From assembly GCA_015064015.1 (NCBI GenBank), contig SVTB01000002.1:1-45130 (forward strand): a DNA stretch of 45,130 bases. Direction: 5' to 3'. Numbering within the stretch: position 1 is the stretch's first letter; each line of letters starts with the position of its first letter. The DNA is from Oscillospiraceae bacterium (GTDB taxonomy: Bacteria; Bacillota; Clostridia; Oscillospirales; CAG-272). Shown piece after piece: positions 16,681-26,591 of this stretch. The position numbers were made by a program, and so were the translations under genes. The notes below the pieces were generated by a model. It was not told where the DNA came from and made no database searches. It saw only the letters and a list, made by a program, of their open reading frames with translations.

Positions 16681-16726
16681 CGGGGGAAACTTCTTGAAAG
16701 AAGTTTCCCCCGTACCCCTTTCAAGG
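16681..16726 (-). repeat. Copy of the dispersed palindromic repeat family, inverted relative to 1..77.
   Basis: CGGGGGAAACTTCTTGAAAGAAGTTTCCCCCGTACCCCTTTCAAGG. It shares the GGGGGAAAC..GTTTCCCCC stem, the GTACCCC flank and the TTCAA flank with the terminal copies. Confidence 0.7.
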
Positions 16727-16736
16727 ACTTTCAAAT

Positions 16737-16782
16737 AAAAAGCTGTCCCGGATACCAAGCGGTACTCGGGACAGCTTTTTTG
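16737..16782. terminator. Bidirectional intrinsic terminator between the EF-G paralog and the SH3 lipoprotein gene.
   Basis: AGCTGTCCCG (16741..16750) pairs with CGGGACAGCT (16767..16776). It is flanked by AAAA and TTTTTT. Confidence 0.8.
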
Positions 16783-16799
16783 ATATGATTTTGCTTGAT

Positions 16800-17537
16800 T
16801 TAAGCCTTAACCTCTTCGGTAGCGGCAGTGGTGCCGGTTGCCTCGGACTTAATGCACTCGTTGATGATGAAGTACTGCTTCACGGTCTCGACAGGCTTGC
16901 CGTCAGCAGTGGTTTCGGTCTCAGACTTCACAGTGAACAGGATGCAGCTCCAAGTCTCACCCTTAGCCACGCGGGTCACCTTGGTACCCTTGGTCAGGCC
17001 GCCTCTGATGGTCAGATCGCCACCGTCGGTAGAGGGGAAGGTACGGACGTTAACGTCGGCGGAAATTTCAATTTCCTCATTGTCAACGGGAGTCATACCT
17101 GCAATCAGCGCATAGTCGCCGGCCACAGTCTTGGCAATGTAGCGAGTCTCGCCCTCATAGGTGATGCGGTACCACTTCTCACTCTCGCCGGTGGCGGTGA
17201 GCTGCGTGCCTTCGGTTGTCCAAGCTACGGCATAGTCCTCACCCAGCTTGGTTTCGGTACGGATGGTTGCGTTGGCAACCCAAACATACAGCGTCTTGTT
17301 GATGTCTGTAAAAGTGGGGTTCTCTTCGGAGATATTGTCCTCTCCGGGAGCATCGGTCGCGTCGGGGACAATGGTTACAATCTCACCGTTGGTATCGGTC
17401 ACCACATTTTCATTGCCGGTACCGACGGGGATCTGAACGCCTTCATTGGTAGATTCGCTCTCGCTGCCGCCACTGCAGGCTGCTGCAGAAACGACCAGAA
17501 GTGCAGCGCACAATACGATCAAAAGCTTCTTTTTCAT
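16800..17537 (-). CDS. Lipoprotein with two SH3b-like domains.
   Basis: Lipobox AAAC. Two segments fit the pattern 'x-V-x-A-x-x-[LV]-N-[IV]-R-T ... W-Y-R-I', as in bacterial SH3_3 domains. Confidence 0.7.
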   Translation of the reverse strand: MKKKLLIVLCAALLVVSAAACSGGSESESTNEGVQIPVGTGNENVVTDTNGEIVTIVPDATDAPGEDNISEENPTFTDINKTLYVWVANATIRTETKLGEDYAVAWTTEGTQLTATGESEKWYRITYEGETRYIAKTVAGDYALIAGMTPVDNEEIEISADVNVRTFPSTDGGDLTIRGGLTKGTKVTRVAKGETWSCILFTVKSETETTADGKPVETVKQYFIINECIKSEATGTTAATEEVKA

Positions 17538-17665
17538 TTTTGTTCCTCCTTATTTTTTGGGGTTTCTTTGAGATACATTCCCTTCATTCTTCAATATATG
17601 GGGGCAAACATGGTACAAAACCCCAATATCCTGTTGTCACGAGGTCATTTCTCATTACAACTTTC

Positions 17666-17694
17666 ATTATATCACAATGTTTCTTATCTGTCAA
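17666..17694 (-). promoter_or_regulatory. Consensus sigma-A promoter with extended -10 for the SH3 lipoprotein gene.
   Basis: On the minus strand: TTGACA (17694..17689), 17 nt, TGaTATAAT (-10 at 17671..17666). The leader is about 125 nt. Confidence 0.7.
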
Positions 17695-17759
17695 GCAGAA
17701 AACGGGGTAAAAATCATTTTCGCGCAAGTTTTTTAAAGATTTTTTCCCAACCTTCTCTG

Positions 17760-18404
17760 TCATTCAAAATATGGCATCAGCTCAGGGATTTCCGAAATCA
17801 ACGTCTTTCCGCAAGCCGACAGCCGGACGGCGGATTGGTGCCCTCCAAGATACAAAAATCCGTCTGCCCCCAAAACATCCGCGAGGGCAGCATCATGGTC
17901 AGTATCTCCTACCGACAAGACCACCGCTTCGGGATGGGCCTTACGCCATATCTCGGCAAGCTGTGTTTTAGATGCCGCATAAAAATTGTCCAACCCCAGA
18001 ATCTCGGAGAAATATTCTGTAATGCCGAGCCTCTCCAGTTGTCCTTTTAGTTGATCTGTTTTGGTTGCGGATAAAACAATTTGGGTGATGCCGGCGGACT
18101 TAGCGGCATTGAGGGTTTCAAGCACACCCGGCATCATACCGCAGCTTTCCTCACCCTCCAAATATAAGTTTACCCATTCGGGTGCCAAAATTTCATAATA
18201 ATCTTCGGTTTTCATGTCAAAGCCCAAATCTCGATAATAGTCGATGACAGGAAACCTCATAATCCTTCGATATGCTTCCACGCTGTCTAAAGTAGGAAGG
18301 CTTCTTTTTTTCAGCATCACATTGACACAGTTGATACACAACTGTATGTCATCCAAAATAGTACCGTTGAAATCCCATATAATATGTGTATAGTTCTTTT
18401 TCAC
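17760..18404 (-). CDS. HAD-superfamily hydrolase (phosphoglycolate-phosphatase-like).
   Basis: DFNGTILDD motif I and a late GDTDHD motif. GTG start at 18404 preceded by CAGGAGAGAG. Confidence 0.8.
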   Translation of the reverse strand: MKKNYTHIIWDFNGTILDDIQLCINCVNVMLKKRSLPTLDSVEAYRRIMRFPVIDYYRDLGFDMKTEDYYEILAPEWVNLYLEGEESCGMMPGVLETLNAAKSAGITQIVLSATKTDQLKGQLERLGITEYFSEILGLDNFYAASKTQLAEIWRKAHPEAVVLSVGDTDHDAALADVLGADGFLYLGGHQSAVRLSACGKTLISEIPELMPYFE

Positions 18405-18426
18405 GTCTCTCTCCTGTTAATCGGAC

Positions 18427-18460
18427 ACAAAAGGGTAACCCGTGGGGGCTACCCTTTTTT
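18427..18460 (-). terminator. Intrinsic terminator after the 808-aa binding-protein gene.
   Basis: On the minus strand: AAAAAAGGGTAGCC-CCCACG-GGTTACCCTTTTGT. Confidence 0.7.
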
Positions 18461-18481
18461 GTATCATAAGTTTTGGTTTGA

Positions 18482-20908
18482 TCAGGTGGTAGACTGGGGG
18501 ACGTATGCGTAGCCATACTGATTCAGCCAAGATTGGTAAACCGTGTAAGGCGAGCTACCACTGGTATCAGGCTTCTGATCGTCACCGCCATCGGGACCCA
18601 AAGGTGCAGAAGGATCATAGTCGGATTTGGTTGCCTTGTACATCTTGTTGTTACCATTATTCATAACATCCGTGGGGGAATAGATCTTCTTAAAGCCGTT
18701 GGTGGAGTTATTCAAAAGATAATCCAGATCGTCCAAGGTGGTGCAGGTGGAAATCTGGTTCCAAGCGTTACGACTCTCGGTATTGATATAGTCAATCAAA
18801 GCGATATCCAAACCGTAGTCTGCATCCTCGGTCATGGTATTGAAATCAAAGCCCAACAGAGGATTGATCAGAGAATCATTGTTCTGCATCTTGGCGTAGA
18901 CCCAAGCATCAGCGCCACCCATTTCCTTGGTGGGGGTAGCGATGAAACAGTTACCGGTCTTTTCAATTTGCATACGGTAAGTACCGTACTTTTCTTCAGA
19001 GGAACCGGGCAAGAGGTTTACCACATATTTGGTGGTCTCAACGCCCTTATCATTTTTCTCAATGACCTTTTCGCGCTCGTAGTGCTGACCCTCAATACCG
19101 TACTGCAGAAGATCACGGAATTCGCTGTTGGTGTTCAGGTAAGTAACGACCTTCATGCTGCGGGACAGATGATTGGAGTTTGCGTACACAGCAAACATAT
19201 TGCCGTACAGCTCTTCCTCGGTTGCTTCGGGATATGCAGCCACAATGGCATAGTACTCACGCTTAGTCTCGGGATCGACGTAAACGCCGTTCTCTTCATA
19301 TTCCAGCTTAATGCGAGCGTCACCCTTCACAAAGGACACGGCCGCACGCTGGCCTTCCTTCACTTCGCCATAGAAGTCCTTGTACTCATAGCTCATGAGC
19401 TTGGTGAGCACGTTGCGGTAATCTTCCTTGGTAAACAGGCTATCGAATGCCAGATTGATACCGCCACGGGTACGAGTGGAGGGATCCAGCTGGAGAGTGC
19501 CGAGCAGGGAGAAATCAGAGGCCTTTTCGTAGCTATAGTTGTAAGTAGGTTTGGTATTACCGTAGGAGTCCATAGCGGTTTCGCCATCGATCACAACACG
19601 CTTGTCGTTATCGGGAGTTACGGTGTTACCGTTGGCATCCACCAAATACATGGAATAGTCAATCTCTTCTTCGTACTTGGGATCGTCGTTATTCTTCGCC
19701 AAGAAGCCGCCTTCGGTATCCATCTCGTATCTGTAATCCAAAACGTTGCCATCGGCATCCAGGAAGTTACCGTTTTCATCGGTCAGATAGAGCTGATCGG
19801 GCTCAACCAAAGCGGTATAGTAGATCTGCTTCTCGACCTTAGTCTTTTCAGGATCCTCAGGATCGGCAACCTCAACCTCAACCTCGTACTTGGTCTGAAG
19901 AACGTAGTTTCTGCCGGTATCGGGATCAAAGTAGTTCTGGTAGACCGACATATCGGTATACTTCAGCTCCCAATACCATACCAACTGACGCATACAATCC
20001 TCGAAGGAAGATGCCAAAGGCACCACATAACCCTCGGAATCCGGAGTCTTGCCGTTATCGGCATTGTAGTTGGTCACGTCGTTGAGGAAGGTGCCGAGAT
20101 CCAACACGGTATTGACGTTGCTGATCTTCTGCTTGTACAGATCGAACAGCTCCTTTTCGATCATCATGTAGGTATACTCACCAATCGCCACGTTGTTAGG
20201 GATTGCGTATACGCCACCATCGATCTGCACGCCGTTCAGCAGGGAGGCGGAGATGTAGTCGGTAAGCTTCTTAGAAGAAGTGGAAAGTTCTTCACCCAGG
20301 GGAGCCAGCCACTCACTTTCGTAGTACTCCATGTACTTGTCGTAGCCGGACAGATAGAAAATATCCACCTGATTTTCCTTTTCATCGGGGTACTTGATTT
20401 CAACGATACCCCAGTCGCCGATCACGGTTTCTTCCTCGGTCTGCACTGCTTCCTCATCGTCTATTTCTTCTTCCATAGCCTGGAATTTGACATACTGAGG
20501 ATTCTCCGCATAGAAGTCTACCTTCAGCTCTTCATTGGACTTTTCGCCCTTATGGGTACGCAGATAGACACGGAGCTCTTTGTCATGTTTAGCCTTCAGC
20601 TCGATGTCAGCCTGATTGGCCTCAATAGCGGCTTCCAGTTTTTGATAGTATTCGTCCTCGGTGCAGAACTTAATGACCACGTTGGTCTTGAACTTAGCCT
20701 TGGTCACCTTAGTGAAGGCTTCGTTGACCAGCTTCTGCGCCTGGGGGGTGGTTTCATCTTCGGTCACTACCCACATGGTAATGGTCTTTGCGCTGTTATC
20801 TACTTCCTCGGTGGGTGTTTCGAGCGTTTTTTCGCCACCACAGCTCGTCAGCAGACAAGTCAGCAACATCAATATGCTTAGGGTCAAGCATACGAGTCTA
20901 CGTTTCAT
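18482..20908 (-). CDS. Large (808 aa) lipoprotein resembling a family-1 extracellular solute-binding protein; no permease or ATPase genes adjacent.
   Basis: Lipobox LTSC. The N-terminus TITMWVVTEDETTPQAQKLVNEAF and the YAIPNN motif are typical of sugar-type SBPs. There are long acidic insertions. Confidence 0.65.
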   Translation of the reverse strand: MKRRLVCLTLSILMLLTCLLTSCGGEKTLETPTEEVDNSAKTITMWVVTEDETTPQAQKLVNEAFTKVTKAKFKTNVVIKFCTEDEYYQKLEAAIEANQADIELKAKHDKELRVYLRTHKGEKSNEELKVDFYAENPQYVKFQAMEEEIDDEEAVQTEEETVIGDWGIVEIKYPDEKENQVDIFYLSGYDKYMEYYESEWLAPLGEELSTSSKKLTDYISASLLNGVQIDGGVYAIPNNVAIGEYTYMMIEKELFDLYKQKISNVNTVLDLGTFLNDVTNYNADNGKTPDSEGYVVPLASSFEDCMRQLVWYWELKYTDMSVYQNYFDPDTGRNYVLQTKYEVEVEVADPEDPEKTKVEKQIYYTALVEPDQLYLTDENGNFLDADGNVLDYRYEMDTEGGFLAKNNDDPKYEEEIDYSMYLVDANGNTVTPDNDKRVVIDGETAMDSYGNTKPTYNYSYEKASDFSLLGTLQLDPSTRTRGGINLAFDSLFTKEDYRNVLTKLMSYEYKDFYGEVKEGQRAAVSFVKGDARIKLEYEENGVYVDPETKREYYAIVAAYPEATEEELYGNMFAVYANSNHLSRSMKVVTYLNTNSEFRDLLQYGIEGQHYEREKVIEKNDKGVETTKYVVNLLPGSSEEKYGTYRMQIEKTGNCFIATPTKEMGGADAWVYAKMQNNDSLINPLLGFDFNTMTEDADYGLDIALIDYINTESRNAWNQISTCTTLDDLDYLLNNSTNGFKKIYSPTDVMNNGNNKMYKATKSDYDPSAPLGPDGGDDQKPDTSGSSPYTVYQSWLNQYGYAYVPQSTT

Positions 20909-20982
20909 ACAATTTCCTCCCTACTAATCTTCGCCGCCGCGCCTTTTTCAAGGCACAGGACAAGCGATATTCATACCAGTAT

Positions 20983-21011
20983 ATTTTACACTATTTTTAT
21001 CAATCTGTCAA
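20983..21011 (-). promoter_or_regulatory. Sigma-A promoter (TTGACA-17-TAAAAT) for the 808-aa lipoprotein gene.
   Basis: On the minus strand: TTGACA (21011..21006) and TAAAAT (20988..20983). Confidence 0.6.
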
Positions 21012-21019
21012 GTGAATTT

Positions 21020-21086
21020 TTCGAACACTTTTCTTCGAAATCAGACAAAACCCTGTGCCGTCCTTGTGTCTTTCGAACATTTTTCT
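21020..21086. repeat. Two direct copies of TTCGAACAyTTTTCT, 52 bp apart, just upstream of the -35.
   Basis: 21020..21034 is TTCGAACACTTTTCT and 21072..21086 is TTCGAACATTTTTCT. This could be an activator or repressor site. Confidence 0.35.
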
Positions 21087-21217
21087 CTTGTTTTGTGGCA
21101 CAAGACACAATTAGACAGCTCATAAATTGGTATTTGTCACGATTTTTTTGTTCAAATTTCCGATTTTTCAATTCTTAGTTTTAGCTAAATGACGAAAAAT
21201 CAGCAATCGGCGAAGAT

Positions 21218-22348
21218 TTAATCCAAAAAGCCCTTCAAATGTCTTGCGCGACTGGGGTGGCGGAGCTTACGAAGCGCCTTGGCCTCAATCTGGCGAATAC
21301 GCTCACGGGTGATATTGAATTTAGAGCCTACCTCCTCGAGGGTACGAGTACGGCCGTCGTAGAGACCGAAACGAAGCTTGATGACGTGTGCTTCGCGGGG
21401 AGTCAAGGTGCTGAGTTCTCTTTCGATGACCTCACGCAAAATGGCCTGAGAAGCAGCATCTGCGGGTGCGGGGGTATCCTCGTCCTGAATGAAGTCACCC
21501 AGGTGGCTGTCTTCCTCCTCACCAATGGGGGTCTCCAGAGATACGGGGTCCTGAGCGATCTTCATAATGTCACGCACCTTCTCGGCACTCATACCCATCT
21601 TGGCACCGATCTCCTCGGCGGTTGCCTCGCGGCCATACTCCTGAAGAAGCTGGCGAGAATAGCGGGATACCTTATGGATGGTTTCCACCATGTGCACAGG
21701 GATACGAATGGTTCTTGCCTGATCCGCAATAGCGCGGGTGATGGCCTGACGGATCCACCAAGTTGCATAGGTGGAGAACTTATATCCCTTGGTGTAGTCG
21801 AACTTATCCACGGCCTTCATAAGACCCAAGTTACCTTCCTGAATCAAATCCAAGAAGAACATACCGCGACCAACGTATCTCTTTGCAATAGAAACAACCA
21901 AACGGAGGTTGGCTTCTACCAATTCATTTTTAGCAGCCTTAGCCTTTGCGGGATCCTCCGACATCATCATGATCTCAGCCAATTCATGCTCTCTCTCGGG
22001 GGTGAGCAGGGGCACACGTCCAATCTCCTTGAGGTACAGGCGGACAGGGTCATCCACCAGACCCTCCTGCTCCAAAATGCGCTCCATATTCTCACTGCTG
22101 CCGAAACGCTCCACTTCCTGTTCAATCTCAGTCAGCTCGGAGCTTGCCATATCGCTGGCAGTGGGACCACCCGAGCGCTCTAAAAACAGCTCATCAATGG
22201 CATCCACATCATAACCCATTTCCTCCATGACAGCATCCATATCCGCTTCGGTCAGGGTCTCCTTACCGGCCACAATTTTTTCAACGGCGGCCTTGCTTAC
22301 ACTTACTTCTTCATTGGCGTCTTTCATCTCACGCTTGTTTTCACTCAT
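21218..22348 (-). CDS. rpoD: Primary RNA polymerase sigma factor (sigma-70/SigA).
   Basis: [27 protein letters not shown] (region 2.4/3) and [30 protein letters not shown] (region 4.2). The MSENKRE start at 22348 follows GAAAAGGAAG. The ORF-track start at 22498 overlaps dnaG. Confidence 0.95.
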   Translation of the reverse strand: MSENKREMKDANEEVSVSKAAVEKIVAGKETLTEADMDAVMEEMGYDVDAIDELFLERSGGPTASDMASSELTEIEQEVERFGSSENMERILEQEGLVDDPVRLYLKEIGRVPLLTPEREHELAEIMMMSEDPAKAKAAKNELVEANLRLVVSIAKRYVGRGMFFLDLIQEGNLGLMKAVDKFDYTKGYKFSTYATWWIRQAITRAIADQARTIRIPVHMVETIHKVSRYSRQLLQEYGREATAEEIGAKMGMSAEKVRDIMKIAQDPVSLETPIGEEEDSHLGDFIQDEDTPAPADAASQAILREVIERELSTLTPREAHVIKLRFGLYDGRTRTLEEVGSKFNITRERIRQIEAKALRKLRHPSRARHLKGFLD

Positions 22349-22418
22349 GACTCTTACTTCCTTTTCTCTTTCCTTTGACTCCGATCCATCGGAGCCTATT
22401 TTGAAGGCTCTGCCGAGG

Positions 22419-24212
22419 TCACGCCTCGTCCGCAGGCCTTTTGATCTTTTTTCGCTTGCCCTCCAGGAGCATTTGCAGACCGTCCATAGCAGGCGCATCC
22501 TTCACGGCCTTCTTTTCCTTGGCAGCGGCCAAGGTTTCAGCTGCGCCACGCAAAACTACCGTTCCGTTTTCGGTTAGTGCACGGCGCTTTTGCTCCAATT
22601 TTGCCAATCTTCCCATTTCGTCGGGGCTAAAAAACTCACCCAAGAAGGCAAAATCAAATCCGCCTTCCCCCGCTTCCAAGGCCATAATCGCCTCAAAGGC
22701 ACGGCGATTGAAGGCCGTGACAAAGCTATCGGAGCTCAGGGGCACCACACCGCTTCTGATGGCTTTTCGATGCTCACCGTACAAAAGCATCAACCCAATG
22801 ATGATATCCTCGGCGGCGGCGGCTTGCACGCTTCCCGCAGCCTCGGGGTTGATCTTATCTCCCAAATTCATGGCGGTAAGATGAGCCTGCCGGCTCTGTT
22901 GCTGCTGATCGGCTTTGATATGCTGACGTCGGATGCGCTCCACATCGCCTTGAAGGCTATCGGTGGAAATTCCCAACTGATCTGCAACGGCATGGATGTA
23001 TACCTCACGCTCTGCAGCAGAGTATACCCGAGCAATAATCTCGCACAGATCGGCAGCAGCCTTGATCTTTTCCTCAGGCCGGGTCACGTCATACCTCGAC
23101 AGCACGGTTTGCAATTTGAAATTGAAGCCCGTACTGCTCTTCTTCAAAAGCTGGCGGAACCTGTCGGCTCCGAATTTTTTGATATACTCATCCGGGTCTT
23201 TCGCACCCTCCATTTGCAGGATGCGCACGTCCAATCCCACCTTGGCAAAAATGGCCATGGCACGGTGGGCGGCTCTTTGCCCTGCCTCGTCAGAATCATA
23301 AGCAAGAATGACCTGCTTGGTGTATTTTGCCATGATCCGCGCGTGGTCGTCTGTCAGAGCGGTTCCCAAAGAAGCAACAGCGTTTTCAAAGCCTGCGGCA
23401 TGAAGGGCCACCACGTCCATGTTACCCTCGCAGAGGATCAGCTCGTCGGCACAATGGTTTTTGGCAAAATTCAGTGCATACAGATGCTTGCGCTTCTGGA
23501 AGCCGGGGGTATCCGAGGAATTTAGATATTTGGCCTTGGAATCTCCTCCCACGTCACGGCCACTGAAGGCCACCACGTTACCCGTGGTATCAATGACGGG
23601 GAACATGATACGATTGCGAAAATAATCGTAGGCCCGTCCGCTCTTTTGACTGATGCCGCAAAGGAAGGCTTCTTTCATTTCTTGATCCGTATATCCCTCT
23701 TTTTTGAGGACGGTCACCAGAGCGGTAAAATCGTTGGGCGCAAATCCCAGCCCAAAGCGGCGGATGACAGGCACACTCAAGCCGCGCTTTTCCTGTAGAT
23801 AGGCCATGCCTTCCCTGCCCAAAACGGGGTCGAAAAGACATTCTCTGAAAAAGCGGGCGGCGATCAGGTTCATTTCATAAACACGCTTGCGTGAAAGTCC
23901 CCGCTTTTCCTCTTCGGCAGATCGGGGAATGTCCACTCCCGTGCGTTTGGCTAAAAATTCAATAGCATTTGGATAATCCAGATTTTCCGAACGCATAATA
24001 AAGGTGAAGGCATCCCCGCCCGCCTCGCAACCGAAGCAGAAAAAGCTCTGGGAATCGGGGAAAACCGTAAAGGACGGTGTTTTTTCGCTATGGAAGGGGC
24101 AGGAACCGTTATAGTTCGACCCCGCGCGGCGCAGGGTAACGTAAGACCCGATAAGGTCTACGATATCGCACCGGTCCTTGATGGCCTCCACCACTTCATG
24201 TGGGATCCTCAT
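22419..24212 (-). CDS. dnaG: DNA primase.
   Basis: Zinc-ribbon [17 protein letters not shown], and a TOPRIM domain ([16 protein letters not shown]). The ATG at 24212 overlaps the dgt stop (ATGA). Confidence 0.95.
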   Translation of the reverse strand: MRIPHEVVEAIKDRCDIVDLIGSYVTLRRAGSNYNGSCPFHSEKTPSFTVFPDSQSFFCFGCEAGGDAFTFIMRSENLDYPNAIEFLAKRTGVDIPRSAEEEKRGLSRKRVYEMNLIAARFFRECLFDPVLGREGMAYLQEKRGLSVPVIRRFGLGFAPNDFTALVTVLKKEGYTDQEMKEAFLCGISQKSGRAYDYFRNRIMFPVIDTTGNVVAFSGRDVGGDSKAKYLNSSDTPGFQKRKHLYALNFAKNHCADELILCEGNMDVVALHAAGFENAVASLGTALTDDHARIMAKYTKQVILAYDSDEAGQRAAHRAMAIFAKVGLDVRILQMEGAKDPDEYIKKFGADRFRQLLKKSSTGFNFKLQTVLSRYDVTRPEEKIKAAADLCEIIARVYSAAEREVYIHAVADQLGISTDSLQGDVERIRRQHIKADQQQQSRQAHLTAMNLGDKINPEAAGSVQAAAAEDIIIGLMLLYGEHRKAIRSGVVPLSSDSFVTAFNRRAFEAIMALEAGEGGFDFAFLGEFFSPDEMGRLAKLEQKRRALTENGTVVLRGAAETLAAAKEKKAVKDAPAMDGLQMLLEGKRKKIKRPADEA

Positions 24213-25258
24213 TCGTGCAACCCCCTCCAAACCCTGGGGATGAACAGCTCCCCGTAAGTCTCAATGGCATAGCGGTCGGTCATGCCCGAAATGAAATCGG
24301 CTACACAGCGCTCCACCGCCTCACCGTCCTGCACCATGCGAACATACAGGGGCGGCATTTTATCAGGGTGCTTGACAAAGTGGTCAAAGAGGGCGTATAC
24401 CAGCTCCTTGGCCTTGGCTTCCTCTCCTTTAGCCACAGGGTTTTTATAAACATTTTCAAATAAAAACGCCCGTAGTCGATCCGTTGCCGCTTGCACCTCA
24501 GAGGTCATGGATATCTCAGCTTTGCCGTCGCTGGCGGCGATGACCGAGGACACCATGGTATCAATACGGTCGCCGTGGGTGTTACCCAGCACGGCACATA
24601 TATCCCGAGGAATATCGTCCGGACGGAGGATACCCGCGCGGCAAGCATCGTCAATGTCGTGATTGATATAAGCGATACGGTCGGCAAATTTAATAAGCAC
24701 ACCCTCAGGGGTAGAGGCTATGCTTTTACCCGTATGATTGACAATGGCATCCCGCACTTCCCATGTGAGATTTAGGCCCTTGCCGTTATTTTCCAAACAT
24801 TCCACGACACGCAGGCTCTGCTCGTAATGAGCAAAGTTAGGGTCATAGCATTGGCGGAGAGCATCCTCTCCCGCGTGACCGAAGGGCGTGTGTCCCAAGT
24901 CGTGACCCAAGGCAGCAGCCTCGGTAAGATCCTCGTTGAGACGCAGAGCGCGGGCCATGGTACGTGCCACCTGACAAACCTCCAGGGTATGGGTCAGGCG
25001 GGTGCGGTAATGATCGCCGGCGGGAGCTAAGAACACTTGCGTCTTATACATCAGGCGACGGAATGATTGGCAATGGATGATGCGGTCACGGTCGCGCTGG
25101 AATTCGGTACGCATGGGACAAGGCTCCATAGGACGTTCCCTGCCCTTGGTAGATGCGCTGTGGGTAGCGTAAGGCGAATCCTCCAGGATCATCTCTTCCC
25201 GGAGTTCAAAACGCCGACGCAAATCGGCCTCGTTGAGCTTCACACGATCCTTGGACAT
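24209..25258 (-). CDS. dgt: dGTP triphosphohydrolase-like HD-domain protein.
   Basis: FQRDRDRIIH, RTRLTHTLEV and GHDLGHTPFGH HD motifs. It is the first gene of the dgt-dnaG-rpoD arrangement. Confidence 0.9.
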   Translation of the reverse strand: MSKDRVKLNEADLRRRFELREEMILEDSPYATHSASTKGRERPMEPCPMRTEFQRDRDRIIHCQSFRRLMYKTQVFLAPAGDHYRTRLTHTLEVCQVARTMARALRLNEDLTEAAALGHDLGHTPFGHAGEDALRQCYDPNFAHYEQSLRVVECLENNGKGLNLTWEVRDAIVNHTGKSIASTPEGVLIKFADRIAYINHDIDDACRAGILRPDDIPRDICAVLGNTHGDRIDTMVSSVIAASDGKAEISMTSEVQAATDRLRAFLFENVYKNPVAKGEEAKAKELVYALFDHFVKHPDKMPPLYVRMVQDGEAVERCVADFISGMTDRYAIETYGELFIPRVWRGLHE

Positions 25259-25415
25259 TCATCATCACTCCTTCCCAAACTTGACTTGATACCGAAATCA
25301 TACTTCGCTACATTCATAATATACGCAGGATTTTCTCTTTTTACTTTTCATTCAGCATTTATTTTGCAGGAAAATTTATTATTTTGATGTTTTGAAAAAA
25401 AGAAGTGCGCAAAGC

Positions 25416-25446
25416 GCAAAAAAGGGGCGAACACAGTTCGCCCCTT
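25416..25446 (-). terminator. Strong intrinsic terminator closing the membrane-protein cluster.
   Basis: On the minus strand: AGGGGCGAAC-TGT-GTTCGCCCCT followed by TTTTTTG. Confidence 0.8.
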
Positions 25447-25458
25447 TGGTCATCAATT

Positions 25459-25980
25459 TTAATCTTCTCCTGCAAAAGGTCTGTGAGCTTCCACGAAATC
25501 GTTGAGCCCGGCGCGGCGAAGCATCTGCTTTTCGTCGGGATGAATCGCGACAACAATACAATTTTTACCGCTTCTCTCCCCTGCCTTAGCGGAGAAATAG
25601 AGGTAATATTGCTCTTTGTGGTGGTATCTCGGGCGCATCAATACCGAGGTGATCCCCCAACTTTTGACGTATTTCCAAGGCATTTCCCGTTTGCAACGAC
25701 CAAAGCGGTACAGACGCACGCCATTGTTATCCACAACAACACGCTGACCCAAGGAAACGCAGAAAAAATAGCCCCCAATACCCCCAAGTCCTACAGAGCA
25801 GACAATCGCGAGCCAAAGCTCGCCTGTTTCATCGGGCATGCCGCTGATGGCAAACGCCACCCACGGCAGAGCCGCAACAGAGAGCATCAAAAGAAAAAGG
25901 AGTGACATCATCCCTTGAAAAAATTTGCTATGGTACAGGACGTAGCCTGTGTCGGTCTTTTCAATTTTGATATGCTTCAT
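25459..25980 (-). CDS. Uncharacterised 2-TM protein, paralog 1 of 4 (173 aa).
   Basis: The MKHIKIEKTDTGYVL start at 25980 follows AAGAAAGGAA. Two hydrophobic helices. C-terminal motifs GVRLY and WKYVKSWG are shared with 25994.., 26592.. and 29288... Confidence 0.75.
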   Translation of the reverse strand: MKHIKIEKTDTGYVLYHSKFFQGMMSLLFLLMLSVAALPWVAFAISGMPDETGELWLAIVCSVGLGGIGGYFFCVSLGQRVVVDNNGVRLYRFGRCKREMPWKYVKSWGITSVLMRPRYHHKEQYYLYFSAKAGERSGKNCIVVAIHPDEKQMLRRAGLNDFVEAHRPFAGED

Positions 25981-25993
25981 CGTCGTTCCTTTC

Positions 25994-26578
25994 TTATTCA
26001 TCAGTCTTTCGATTGACAAGCTCACGGCCGCCAATGCTTGTGCCGACCCGTTTGGCTTTATGGGGGATTCGGTCTACGCAGAAGTCCATTAGCTCGCTTT
26101 GAAGGATGCTCACAGATTCACGGGGCGACAGTTCTATGCTGATGCGTTTTCCGTCAGCGGCGTTTTTTCTGTCCGAGGACACAAAAAACTCATATCTCTC
26201 CTCGGCGCGCCGATAGTGGTACGAAACCGTAGACACATCCATCACGCCCCACGACTTGATCTCCCGCCACGTCAAAGCAGAAACGCGACAGAACAAGCGA
26301 TAAAAGCGCACGCCCTTTTGGTCGAACACCAGTTTTGCTCCGACGGTCAGCCAAAAGGCATACCCCCCAAGCGCCATACCCCCAAGACCGACCACGCACC
26401 AGAAGATACCGGGAAGCTTAAACGCAAGTTGTCCGTCCTTAACCCACCATGGCATAGAAAAGGTAAAAATGCTCAACCCGAGAATCATCGCGGCGCTTAT
26501 CCCTTTTAGCAGCGTATGTCCGATGCTTTGGCGCAGCACGTAGCCCTCGGCGGTCTTGACAATTTTGACTTTTTTCAT
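25994..26578 (-). CDS. Uncharacterised 2-TM protein, paralog 2 of 4 (194 aa).
   Basis: Starts MKKVKIVKTAEGYVL. Motifs GVRFY and WREIKSWG. TAAGGAG RBS. 13-nt spacer to the next gene. Confidence 0.75.
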   Translation of the reverse strand: MKKVKIVKTAEGYVLRQSIGHTLLKGISAAMILGLSIFTFSMPWWVKDGQLAFKLPGIFWCVVGLGGMALGGYAFWLTVGAKLVFDQKGVRFYRLFCRVSALTWREIKSWGVMDVSTVSYHYRRAEERYEFFVSSDRKNAADGKRISIELSPRESVSILQSELMDFCVDRIPHKAKRVGTSIGGRELVNRKTDE

Positions 26579-26591
26579 TGCGGTTCACTCC

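Noticed and set aside
16785-18050. 421-aa plus-strand ORF.
   Set aside because: It runs antisense through the SH3 lipoprotein gene, its consensus promoter and the HAD gene. The translation is low complexity.
18533-20881. 782-aa plus-strand ORF.
   Set aside because: It is antisense to the 808-aa lipoprotein gene, which has a lipobox, RBS, promoter and terminator. This is a shadow ORF.
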